Origin: an uncultured delta proteobacterium
GTDB taxonomy: Bacteria; Myxococcota_A; Polyangia; Polyangiales; Polyangiaceae
Direction of reading: 5' to 3'
Assembly (NCBI GenBank): GCA_963716725.1
Contig: CAVQUB010000005.1
Span: forward strand, 1-64,000
DNA: 64,000 nucleotides
The position numbers and the translations under genes are program-made. A model generated the notes under the pieces. It was not told where the DNA came from. It did no database searches and worked only from the letters and a program-made list of their open reading frames with translations. How positions within the stretch are numbered: position 1 is the stretch's first letter; each line of letters begins with the position of its first letter. Of this stretch, positions 28,901 through 38,084 are shown one piece after another.

Positions 28901-30671
28901 CAAGGCGCCCGACGGCGGCGTCCTGCAGGACCTCGAATGGGCGCGCGACGGCGCAGGCAACGTGCTGGAGGTGAAGGATCGCCGCGCCAGCATCGACTCC
29001 GCGACGGACCGCGGCGAGGTCTACGTCTACGACAACCTCTACCGCTTGCGCAGCGCGTCGGGCAGCTGGGGCGAGACCTCGTGGAGCTACTCGCCGAGCG
29101 GCAACCTGGTCCACAAGAAGAGCACGCTACCGGACGAGAACGCCGGTGACCTCGGATACGGCAAGTCCGCCGGCCCCCACGCCATGACCCGGTACCGCGG
29201 GCGGACCCTGGCCTACGACCCGATGGGTCGGATCATCGACGACGGCGTGCGCAAGTACCGTTGGGACGCCTTCAGCAACCTGATCGCCGTCGAGACCAAC
29301 CAGGCCTCGGTCGAGAGCACGTTCGGGCAAGACCACGAGCGTCGGGTCAAAGTCGAGCGCGGCGCGGACGGTCAAGAGCACCGCACTCACTTCCTCTCGC
29401 CGTGGAGCGAGGTGCGCGACGGGGAACTCGTGCGCTTCATCGTGCACGAGGGTCAGCGCATCGCGCGGCTCGGCCCCGGCACCGGAAGGCCGGCGGCGCT
29501 CGGACCACTGCCGGAAAACGGCGGTCCCACCTCGCCCTGGCCGTTCTTCTTCATCGCGCTCGTGCCGGCCATCGAGCTCCTGCGCGGGCAGCGCCGCTGG
29601 GCCAGTGCGCACGCGCTCGCGGCGGTGGCGCTCCTCGGCTGCAGCGGGGACGACGCAAGCCGGAACGCCTCGCCCTCCGAGGGTACCGTGCTCACGCTGG
29701 GCGCGGACGACGCCCTGCTCTTCCATGATGGCCTCGGGTCGCTGACGGAGGTGGTGCGCGCGACGGGCGAGCGGCTCGCGAGCGTGGCCGTGTATCCGTA
29801 CGGGCGCACGCGCTACGACGACGCGAGCGAGACCGACAAGTACACGGGGGTGCCCCGCGACGGCAGCGTCGAGGTCGATCACATGCAGGCGCGCTGGTAC
29901 GTGCCGGAGCTCGGCGTCTGGAGCAGCGTCGATCCGCTGAACTGGCTCGACCCGACCAAGAAGGCGGGTTTGGCGTTCGCGACGGGAAACCCGTACGCTT
30001 ACGCGGGCGGGCAGCCGACGACGCTGACGGACCGGAGTGGGGAGTGTGGGCCGTGCGTGTTTGTCGTCGTGGGTCTCGCGGGCCTCGCGTCGGGCATCGC
30101 TGCCAACTCCGAATACAATCGACAGATCAAGGCCCGTGAGCCCTCGAGCCTTCCGAAGATGATCGCGGCCAGCGTGATCGCTGGCGAGGGTTCTCTGCTG
30201 AGCAGCCAAATCCCAGTGGCTGGTGTGTTCGGCGAGTCGTTCGCGGGTGCAATGACTCTCGGGGCGATCCGAGGCTCCGCAGTGTCAGCAGGAACTTACG
30301 GTGCAACGGTCGCCGCCACCGGGCAGCCCTTCGACAACGAGTACTTCTCGAAGACCGTCGCGTGGGGCGGGGTTTCTGGCGCCTTCAGCGGCATGCTGTC
30401 CCAGGGAAAAGCGAACTGGGACACGTCGGGCTGGACGGCCGCCCAGGTCGAATCCGGCCACAAGCAGCACCAGATCGCGTCGAGCTTGATCTCCGGGCAG
30501 ACCAGTACGCTCAAGTCCACCGTGTTCCTACCCTCACCCAAGCCCAGCCCGAGCTCGGCGCCCAAGCCCGCGGTGCAGTCTTGGGTGTACTCCTACTCGG
30601 TTTCGAGAAGCGTCGAGGGAACGAACACCGCCGAGTGGACCGACAACATGGTGAAGGAAGTGCAGCGGTAA
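25953..30671 (+). CDS. TcdB-like/Rhs (YD-repeat) toxin with FG-GAP repeats, probably 5'-truncated
   Basis: DLDGD/DVNGD repeats, GLLRKIDNGFGG, YD repeats, Rhs core end ARWYVPELGVWSSVDP...NPYAYAGGQP..LTDRSG, then a ~205-aa hydrophobic C-terminal domain. The frame opens mid-repeat after a stop near 25854. Confidence 0.85.
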   Translation: MLKSGLAEFRFFPGKSATSFGAKVQIPTVPNVDFDDPNVQLADLDGDRRADAVISAASGWAVAYNLGGSDFAAPAKLGVIDAKQTLHFADGHTSLCDVNGDRVEDVCYLIPGSLAYWLGRGRGVFEPAASGSGVPTFEASSPWELRDLNGDGWVDLVHVGVGQVRFALAVAPGQFGPERSIGGVPQKLPSTVVRFADMNASGTTDVVWVDVTGAPSAAWRYLELFPNGRAGLLRKIDNGFGGTTTIAYGTAAQDAAAARAAGKPWDTRINVALPVVKGVRFDSGLSDPAQTTEYVYQDGSYDVAARTFAGFGGGEETVVGDSSTPTLITSSRFDVGLVHRVLRGAVLSVETRSETGKLFTRVENQHAVLPVAKGLDGRAIEYAYRSSEAKQIAEGVDPALARHTLAEWEHDEWGNEIAHRDFGEVVAGDVLAGNDERITLATYAQDTANWVLGRPATREVQSAAGKRFSLVRTYYDGKAFEGLSLGKVMRGDATRIEQWAGPEKDRFVLTTANAHDAHGNVTESRDAAAGARRFAWDPVDHTSLLGETLVLEGRELEATTQVHRPSGKPLSVTGFDGQKTLLAYDALGRLTAIARPGDTLEAPTLAYEYLLSAPLSRIVTRSRIWSGKDEVEIQESLIDSRGKSRGRMLRDGAERWVLDGVTLFDARGNARRDVLPRFLTLAEHDSPPLLDEAPGTQQRRDAIGRVIERRLPSGIQSRIEYMPLGKRTWDGAANDPASPYEHTPAVEAMDGLGRLLSISHTLEGKLLTESYEYDAADNLLSKVDPEGHVSRFAYDGRGLRIAIDDPDAGKHTLAYDDAGNLVEHRRPDGTIGRDRFDRLGRKLSEDWDGDGEPEVELEYDEHPDRPGDPSARGRLVITRDASGSITRSYDPRGNVVRLHQIVEGESYVSEMRYDAQDRLYLHGYPDGSSLRLHRNERGQISRYGRAVEIALDADGQETQRTFNTGVTQLFGYDDDRLPRASRVKAPDGGVLQDLEWARDGAGNVLEVKDRRASIDSATDRGEVYVYDNLYRLRSASGSWGETSWSYSPSGNLVHKKSTLPDENAGDLGYGKSAGPHAMTRYRGRTLAYDPMGRIIDDGVRKYRWDAFSNLIAVETNQASVESTFGQDHERRVKVERGADGQEHRTHFLSPWSEVRDGELVRFIVHEGQRIARLGPGTGRPAALGPLPENGGPTSPWPFFFIALVPAIELLRGQRRWASAHALAAVALLGCSGDDASRNASPSEGTVLTLGADDALLFHDGLGSLTEVVRATGERLASVAVYPYGRTRYDDASETDKYTGVPRDGSVEVDHMQARWYVPELGVWSSVDPLNWLDPTKKAGLAFATGNPYAYAGGQPTTLTDRSGECGPCVFVVVGLAGLASGIAANSEYNRQIKAREPSSLPKMIAASVIAGEGSLLSSQIPVAGVFGESFAGAMTLGAIRGSAVSAGTYGATVAATGQPFDNEYFSKTVAWGGVSGAFSGMLSQGKANWDTSGWTAAQVESGHKQHQIASSLISGQTSTLKSTVFLPSPKPSPSSAPKPAVQSWVYSYSVSRSVEGTNTAEWTDNMVKEVQR

Positions 30672-30708
30672 TCCTCGTATCGCAAGTAGCAAGCTCAGTC
30701 CGAGCTTG

Positions 30709-31185
30709 CTACCGGCGACGTTTGCGACGCTCGCCCCACAGGAAGACCCGCACGAAGAGGCTATTTGGCTTCAGGACGCCCAGCATCGCCAGGTGTGCGA
30801 CGACGACGATCGCAACCAATATCGGCGAAGCGACGATCTCGAGCGTGAAAAACGTCACCCAATAACTCTCGAGTCCAAGCACCGCCCTCTGGAGGTAGTT
30901 CACCGCGGCGGCAGGCCACGCTCCGACGTCCGCAGCGAGCAGCGGCCAAGCCATGCTGGCACAGAACCCTGCGCCCCAGATCGCAACGGTGAAGAGAGGA
31001 TCGATGCGCGAGAGCGAGCCCCAACGCTTCGCCACACGTTTCGGTGCCTTTTTGGTGAGCCACAGGCCAGCGAACCCTGCAAACTGCAACAGGTACCCGG
31101 CGACCATCAATGTGATGAGGAACGCTTCGAGGCTCATGCCTGCGGGCTGAAAGGCGGGAGGCCTCGGATAGTGGGGGATGGACAT
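30709..31185 (-). CDS. Small membrane protein, paralogue of 31197-31490
   Basis: Several hydrophobic helices; shared motif AWPAAAVN...SYWVTFFTL.I.ASPI. Confidence 0.55.
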   Translation of the reverse strand: MSIPHYPRPPAFQPAGMSLEAFLITLMVAGYLLQFAGFAGLWLTKKAPKRVAKRWGSLSRIDPLFTVAIWGAGFCASMAWPLLAADVGAWPAAAVNYLQRAVLGLESYWVTFFTLEIVASPILVAIVVVAHLAMLGVLKPNSLFVRVFLWGERRKRRR

Positions 31186-31196
31186 GCTGATCACCC

Positions 31197-31490
31197 TCAG
31201 CGCCGGCTCTTCTTCTTGCGACGGGCCTCGAACAGCGCGACCCACAGGTGCCCGACTCGGCCCTCTCTCCTCAGAATGCCCAACGCCAATAGTTTCCCGA
31301 CGACGTACATGAACACCGGGATCGGCGAAGCCAGGATCTGGAGGGTGAAGAAGGTCACCCAGTAGCTCTGGCCTCGGAACACCGACTGCTGAGCTCGATT
31401 CACCGCGGCAGCGGGCCAAGCCTCCACGCCGGCGGCGAGCAAGCCGGTGGGCTCGTGCGCACGAGCGAGCACCAGGGTCTGGAAGCTCAT
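31197..31490 (-). CDS. Small membrane protein, possibly 5'-truncated by the ISCR end
   Basis: Shares AWPAAAVN...SYWVTFFTLQILASPI and a basic tail with its neighbour. Confidence 0.5.
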   Translation of the reverse strand: MSFQTLVLARAHEPTGLLAAGVEAWPAAAVNRAQQSVFRGQSYWVTFFTLQILASPIPVFMYVVGKLLALGILRREGRVGHLWVALFEARRKKKSRR

Positions 31491-31514
31491 GGGCCGAAGG
31501 TAGATCGGATCGGC

Positions 31515-34500
31515 GCATAGGTGAAATGAACGGGGGGTGGTTGGTGAGCTGGCGCGTCTGAACGTCGAATCGGCTGCTGTTGAAGGAGCGAGCAGCGCGC
31601 GGAGCAGTCTCGGCAGTCTCGATTCGCCTCGCGGCGCCATCCTTTTCACCGCTGACACCACCATCGTTCCGGTCTCGGAGAATACCAGGCACACGACCGC
31701 CCTGCACGTCGCGAGCATCGCAATGCATCACTCACCGAACATATCCAGCTGCGGGAGCGAGTCGCTGTCGAGCTCGCCGAACCTCCGGCGCAGCGCCGGG
31801 CTCGTGAAGAACGGCGGTCTTCGCGCTGGCGCGATGGGAGGAGGCTCGGCATCCTCTCCGAGCCTGCGCAGGAAGCGCGTCACGGTCTGGGCCGCAGTGA
31901 CCATCCCCCCGCCGGGGATGCCCCTCCGGGCACTTTCAAGGATCGTCACGAAGCGCGTCGCGCGGAGCAGCATGGGTGCGCCGCACTTGGCACATTTCTC
32001 GCTGTCGATTTTGAAAGTGCGCTTGAGGAGCTCACGCCACGGGCGATAAGTCGAGCGATGCGTCGCCGGTCGTGCGGCGGTGGCGGTCTCATCGTGAATG
32101 TGGGCAGGAGCACGCGCAGGGTTCGTGGTGGCACAGTCGTGCACCGGTGGCGGAGGTGGAGCGACTCTGGTTCTCCAGCGATGAGCTGCAGCGAGCACCC
32201 CCGAGTCCCCCGTCGGGGACTTCCCAGGGTCGTAATGGACGCGATGGGCGCGTGGGGCAGGCACCGAGGCGGCTAGCCGGAGAAGAAACGACAACGGATC
32301 GAGATCGATGGCCGTGGTGCCGTCGGAGAACGGTCGCTTGAGCAGGATGCGACGCGCTTCGCGACGATCCTTGAAAGTGCCCGGAGGGGCATCCCCGAAG
32401 GGGGGCACGAGCCCACTTCCGAGTCGACGCACTCGGTCTTGCGCGAGCGGCGGGCGTAGGACGTACTTGCAGAGGGTTTCGCGAGCACGCGCGTCCTCCC
32501 CCGTCGGGGACTTCCCAGGAGCCGCTTCGGAACACCCGGAGGGCTCATGATTGATCGGATCCCATCTGGGACCGGGCAGCTCGGAAGCCGATCTCGTAGT
32601 CGAGGAGCTTCTGGTAGCCCCGTCCTAACGTTTGCCACCCGGGTGCGCCGTTGTTCTTCAGATGCCCGCCGAGTCGCGCGACAGCGAATAGCGCTTGCTC
32701 AATGGTCTGCGGGACGGCCGGGAGGCGGAGCTTGAACTTTATGAGGAGCAACTGGGGCTCACTCAGGATCGTTGTTGCCGGTTGCTCGGGTGCGACGCGG
32801 GCTAACGAGCGCATGAGCAACAGGCGCCAGGCGATGGGCAGGAACACGGCGAGCGCGTTGCTCAGTGCCTGATACGACTCGAGCTGTCGTTTCTCGAGAG
32901 AACACCCTTGCTTGAGTGCCTTGAAGAACTCTTCGATCACCCACCGACTGCGGTAACAGTCCACGACGGTCGCGAGTTCGGCGACGGTGTCAATGGGTTC
33001 GGTAGTGAGCAGCACCCACTCGACCGACGGCTCGCCTTCTGGTGGTTGGAGTTCCCAGACTCGAACCACGTTGAGTTCGATGCTGCGCGTCTCATGTCGA
33101 GTGTTGCGGGGGCGCAGCACAGTCAAACGTTTGCCTGCCACGGCGACCTCCGCGCTCCGGGCGTTGCGAGACGGGTGCTCTTTTGCAGCATGCGCGCGAC
33201 TGCTCGGTTTCCTCGATGACACCGAGATCGTGCGAAAAAACTGCGGTTCGAGCGTTGAGATTGCACTGCGCAAGCAGATGCCTATTTCCTCAGTTACTCG
33301 GTCGTGAGCCGAACGGATGACGTAGCGCGCACCGAGTTCCTGCGCCTTCGCCAGGACCTCGAAAATGTCCGCTTCGCGGTCCATCACGTGAATGAGCGCG
33401 CTGCCGGGGCAGCGTGCATGGACGGCCTCGAGCATGGCCGGCCAGCGCAGTGATTCGCGCTCGGGGTCTCTCCGACTGACAGACCGGCGGCGCCCGCGTC
33501 CACCCTTGTGTACGAGGCGGACGTGTCGCTGTAGACCCAGAACTCCGAGTGGCACTCGCTCCTCGCCGGGAAGCACGGCCAGCGCCACGTGTGCGAGAAA
33601 CCCCTGGCTGCCGCCGGACGTGACGCCCAACCCAGCTCGCCGACTGGCGCCGCCGAGCGATACTTCGGTCGTATCGTGCGCGACGATACACAGGCCAGCG
33701 GAACTCACACGCTCCACCGTCGCCGACAGGTGCGGGTCAAGGATCTGCTCCGCGTCGAACTGCTCGTTGCGCAGGAATCGGTAGACTCCCTCAAGCTCGG
33801 ACGGAGTGTCGACAGCCTGCGGAAACCCAACACCGGGCGCCGCCATCAGTTTCTCAGCGAGCCAACCGAGCCTGTCACTGCGCCGCTTATCGCCGAGCTG
33901 AGAGCCCTCGAACTCGTCCGAAATCGACCGCCCTAACCATTCTGTTGCCGGCATTTCTCCCGTAGATCACACGCGCCGTCCGCTCGCAATGAGATGTGTT
34001 TGATCATGAGCCGGAGGGGTGGTCCTCGCCGGGAGCCGTGGTGGCCGCATGCACCGAGAAGCCGTCCTCGCGGGCGGCCAGACCGGAAACGGAGAGCTCG
34101 CCGCGATCGGGCAGTGCGATGGCGGGACGCTGCCGATGCTCGGGCCCCGCCGGAGGGTTGCCGGTGACGGCGGCGGTGGCGAGTGCGGCCAGCTCGGGCT
34201 CGCGCTCGGCGAAACCGTCGTCGGTGAGGCAGAGCTCGTTGTCTCGTTCGACGACGCCGCGACGCGCGAGAAAGTCCAAGATGCGCACGCGGGCGGCGTG
34301 CAAGAGATCTGCGACGTCGGAGTTGGAGAGCGCGGGGAGCTGGTGGAAGACGAGGCTCCCGTCATCGGTCTCGAGGAAGACTCCGTCCAACGCGAGCAGG
34401 TGCAGGTGGGGGTTGAGTCGGAGGTCGGAATTCACGCGTTGCACAGCGGTGATCGCGCCGCTCTGGCCTTTGCCCACGCGGTAGAGGTCGCGCATCGTGC

Positions 34501-35242
34501 GGCGGTAGAAGCCGAGCACGCTGTCGGCGAACAGTCGCGTGATCCGGCTGAGCAGCTCGCGGTCGTAGGCGACGCGGGCGCGGAGCTCGAACGGCAAGGT
34601 GAGAACCCACTGCCTGAGCGGAGCACGCGACGGCAGAACATGGTCGATCCAATTCGCCGCTGACTCGGCCATCGTTCTGCCCAGGCACGAGGGGCACCAT
34701 GCGCGTCCCTTGCAAGAAAACGCGACCAAGAGCTTCGCGCGGCACTTCGGGTCTTGGCATTGAAGAAATCCAAAACCGTGCGCCAGGATTCCGCACTCGA
34801 GGTAGCCCTCGAACTCATCCCTCACGAACGCCGGCAACAGCGCGATGATCTCTTGGTCTGCGGCGGCTTCGAGCGTGCGGTAGTTCTCGGCGACGACCTG
34901 GTAGAAGTCGCTGAGCTCCGGTCGCCGGCGTCGATATTCGACGCCGCTGCCATCCGAAGTTGCGTCCGAGATCGGCAGCGCGGCGGCCATCGCCGCGCCC
35001 GAGCGCACACGGCGTGCCGACCCCGCCCGGGGCGAGAACGCCGCAAATTACCGTGTTGCAGGCGCTCGGGTGGGTGGCGAAACGCCGGCCGCCGGCGGCG
35101 GCCGCCACTGCCCACCGCTGCGCGCTACCCCGCCGCCGCCGCGAACCCCAGCGACTCACCCGCTTCCGGCGCTCGCATCACCAGCATCAGACGCGTCCGT
35201 TCCCTGGCAAGCCAGGGTCCGAAGCTCGTGAACCACGCCGGC
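31515..35242 (-). mobile_element. Near full-length IS91/ISCR-family element interrupted by IS4 and four mini-insertion sites
   Basis: N-half 34027-35008 (FSCKGR.WCPSC, RQWVLTLP, LRLNPHLHLLALDG = HUH). C-half 31728-32497 (ETLCKYVLRPPLA, KRPFSDGT, CAKCG). oriIS-like GTTCATTTCACCTATGC at ~31518-31534. Confidence 0.85.
32544..34010 (-). mobile_element. Intact IS4-family (IS50/Tn5-like) insertion sequence, 1467 bp; transposase 32545-33954
   Basis: Terminal IRs CTCATGAT; 8-bp target duplication CCGGAGGG at 32536-32543 and 34011-34018; LGDKRR, HDTT, MDREAD and YRSRWVIEEFFKALK (YREK) motifs. Confidence 0.92.
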
Positions 35243-35608
35243 TCGAGCCCGGCACCACGCGCCCAAGAGCGCGACCGAAAGCCCTGCCATCCTCGGCCCG
35301 AGCTCACGTCGCAGGATCAATCGCAGTGGAACTCGCTGCCAAAACAACTGCGAACGTGTCTGTCCATTCCCGAAGGAAACCCCCGTCCGCCTGAGCGGGA
35401 CGATCCAACGCGCCACCTCGGCCCAAATCGGAGCCGCCCATGAGCAGTACGTGTTCGTTCCGGATCCGCCGCCCGGAACGAGCGGCAACTGACGTAGCGG
35501 GCGTGCTCGTGCGTGCGCCCAGGTTTTCCGATGAGCGCGCAGTGGCGCTCATGTGGGAGGCTCGGTGCACAAACACCCCCCCCCGCCTCCGCGCTCCGAG
35601 CCCCGCCA

Positions 35609-37225
35609 CTACTCCGAGCAACCCAACCCCAGCGGGCCCGCCGTCAGCAAATACTTCGGGCTAGGGCACGACTTCACGCAGACGGGCAGGTTGCAACCCG
35701 CGCTGCCGCGCGGCACCACGTAGGTGCAGCCGCCGGCGCCGCAGCCGTGCTTCACGCCGGTGGCGGCGTCTTGGCCGAAGCCTTGTTTCGGAGCGGTCAC
35801 GCAGAAGCCGAAGATGTTCACCTTGCCGGCCGGGCATCCGCTGTTCTGCGCGACGGGGCAGGTGTTGAAGTGACGCGGGCTGCCGTCGGGGCAGGGCGGC
35901 ACGCAGATCGGGATGCCGCTGTCGGGCACCAAGCCGGGCGGGCAGTCGCCGGGGCTGGGCGTGGGCGGCGTCGGCTCGCCGGGTTTGTTCGGCTTGTCGC
36001 CGCCGCTCGGCGTGCTGACGTCGACCAGGTACGAGTAGCGCAGGTTGGTCTTCAGCGTGTTCTCGTGGATCCAGGCGTAGCCGCCGTCGCCCCACTTGGG
36101 GCCCCAGCTGTTGTGGATCAAGAAATAGGTGCCGTTGCCCTGGGTCTTGTAGCCCGACAGCACCATCGCGTGTCCCGAGCCCGAGTGACGGAAGTCACCG
36201 TCGGGGATCACCGCCGGCGAACCCTTCACGCTCTGGAACGCGTCGTCGACCCACATCGCGAACCAAACGTCTTGGCCTTTGGCGATGGTGGCCTTGATCT
36301 CGGAGATGTCCCCGTCGGGCAGGCGCGTGACGTTGGTGACCTTCGCCGTCTGCGCCGAGTCGAGCTGGCCGAGCTTCTGGCTGTCCACGGGCTGCTGACA
36401 CGAGACGTTGAGCATCGAGCCGCAATCGCAGCCCCCACCTGACCAATATTTGCAGGCCTCGACCTTGTCGTAGGGCCACGCGCTCTCGTTGCCGAGGGAC
36501 TTGCCCTTGTTCGACGAGGTTGCGTCTTGCATCGACGGCACGTGATAGCGCGCCCACACTTGCATCACGCTGACGTTGCCCGGCTTGCTGGTCGTGGTCG
36601 CGATGGCGTGGTCGATGGCCGTCGCGAAGGAGAAGGCCGTGCACGCGCCGACGGGACCTTGATTGCGCACCGGGCCCTCGGTGCCCGCCGCACGGTGGTC
36701 GACCGCGGCCGGCAACGCGTCGGCGCCCTCGTGGGCGGGGCTCACGTTGAAGGCTTGGCGTCGCACCACATACTGGCTCGCCTCGGCCACGGTGCCGTAG
36801 GTCGGAGTCATGCAGTCGAGCAAGAACTGCTCACCGCCGATGTTCGCTACGCCACAACCCTTGATGCCCTTGGCGGCCGGAGGCGGCGCGGGCTGCCCAC
36901 CGGGCGCGGTTGGGTTCGGCTGCGTCGGAAACCCGGGGATGGGCGGGATGGGAATTCCGCCGAGGCTGCCCCAGCCGGGGGGCGGCGCGGGCAACTGGAA
37001 CGCCGACGCGGGCGGCGGGGGCGGCAGCTGGAAGCCCCAGAAGGGCGCGGGGGCGGGCGCGGCCGCGGCCGGAGGTGGCGCCATCGGGGGCGGCGGGTTC
37101 TGCGCCACCGCGTAGCCGCCAGGATATGCCGCGGGCTGGGTGGCGGAGCGTCCGTTTCCGGTCGTGCAACCGTGAGTCAGACCCAGTGTGACGAGCGCGA
37201 GGGCGATGGTTCGATGGGTGGTCAA
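35609..37225 (-). CDS. Papain-like C1-family cysteine peptidase lipoprotein
   Basis: VRNQGPVGACTAFS, GHAMVLSGY, FLIHNSWG.KWGDGGY; Pro-rich linker and Cys-rich C-terminus; TTG start inferred. Confidence 0.88.
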   Translation of the reverse strand: MTTHRTIALALVTLGLTHGCTTGNGRSATQPAAYPGGYAVAQNPPPPMAPPPAAAAPAPAPFWGFQLPPPPPASAFQLPAPPPGWGSLGGIPIPPIPGFPTQPNPTAPGGQPAPPPAAKGIKGCGVANIGGEQFLLDCMTPTYGTVAEASQYVVRRQAFNVSPAHEGADALPAAVDHRAAGTEGPVRNQGPVGACTAFSFATAIDHAIATTTSKPGNVSVMQVWARYHVPSMQDATSSNKGKSLGNESAWPYDKVEACKYWSGGGCDCGSMLNVSCQQPVDSQKLGQLDSAQTAKVTNVTRLPDGDISEIKATIAKGQDVWFAMWVDDAFQSVKGSPAVIPDGDFRHSGSGHAMVLSGYKTQGNGTYFLIHNSWGPKWGDGGYAWIHENTLKTNLRYSYLVDVSTPSGGDKPNKPGEPTPPTPSPGDCPPGLVPDSGIPICVPPCPDGSPRHFNTCPVAQNSGCPAGKVNIFGFCVTAPKQGFGQDAATGVKHGCGAGGCTYVVPRGSAGCNLPVCVKSCPSPKYLLTAGPLGLGCSE

Positions 37226-37369
37226 GGGCTTCGTCCGATCATACGTCAACCTGGCGCGAGGGCTTCCGCCAAGTTGGACGTGCGAGGCGATGAATCCTGG
37301 CACTGACTTTGTGCGTGAATGTGCGCTGCGCTTGACGGAGCGAGACGTCGGCGATGTGCTCCGCGGGCG

Positions 37370-38050
37370 ATGACCCAAGACGAAGCCAAGCTGCTGGCGG
37401 CCCAGGCCGCGCTGGCGCTCCTGCCCAAATCCGGCGTGATCGGCCTCGGATCAGGCTCCACCGCCAAGCTCTTCATCGACGGCGTGGGCCAGCTCGTCCG
37501 CAAGGGTCAAGCGTTGGTCGGCGTCGCGACCAGCGATGCGAGCCGGTCACAGGCCACCGCCCTGGGCATTCCGCTCTTGTCCGACGATGGTCCTTGGGAC
37601 ATCGCGCTCACCGTCGACGGGGCGGACGAAGTCAGCAGCAAGCTCGATCTGATCAAGGGAGGGGGCGGCTGTCACGCCCGGGAAAAGATCGTGAACTTCG
37701 CCTCGCGCACCAACGTGATCATCGTCGACGAGAGCAAGCTGAGCGAGAAGCTGGGCGAAAAATGGCCCGTACCCACCGAGGTGCTCGGCTTCGGACACGA
37801 GTCGACGCTGCGCGCCCTCGAGCGCTTTGGGAAGGTCACGCGGCGCATGCGTGACGAACGACCCTGGCTGACCGACGCTGGAAACTACATCTACGACGTG
37901 CACGTCGGCCCCATCGACGACCCCGCGGATCTCGACCGGCGCCTGCGGGCGATCGCCGGGGTGGTCGAGACTGGCCTGTTCGTGGGCCGCGCCGATCGGG
38001 TCATCGTCGCAGGCCCCAGCGGCGCGCGAGAGCTGACTTTGCCGGGTTGA
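37370..38050 (+). CDS. rpiA: Ribose-5-phosphate isomerase A
   Basis: GLGSGST, DGADEV, IKGGGG...REKIV, GVVETGLF. Confidence 0.95.
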   Translation: MTQDEAKLLAAQAALALLPKSGVIGLGSGSTAKLFIDGVGQLVRKGQALVGVATSDASRSQATALGIPLLSDDGPWDIALTVDGADEVSSKLDLIKGGGGCHAREKIVNFASRTNVIIVDESKLSEKLGEKWPVPTEVLGFGHESTLRALERFGKVTRRMRDERPWLTDAGNYIYDVHVGPIDDPADLDRRLRAIAGVVETGLFVGRADRVIVAGPSGARELTLPG

Positions 38051-38084
38051 CCCGGGAGTGTTTGGAGGGGCCTCGAAGGGCGCT

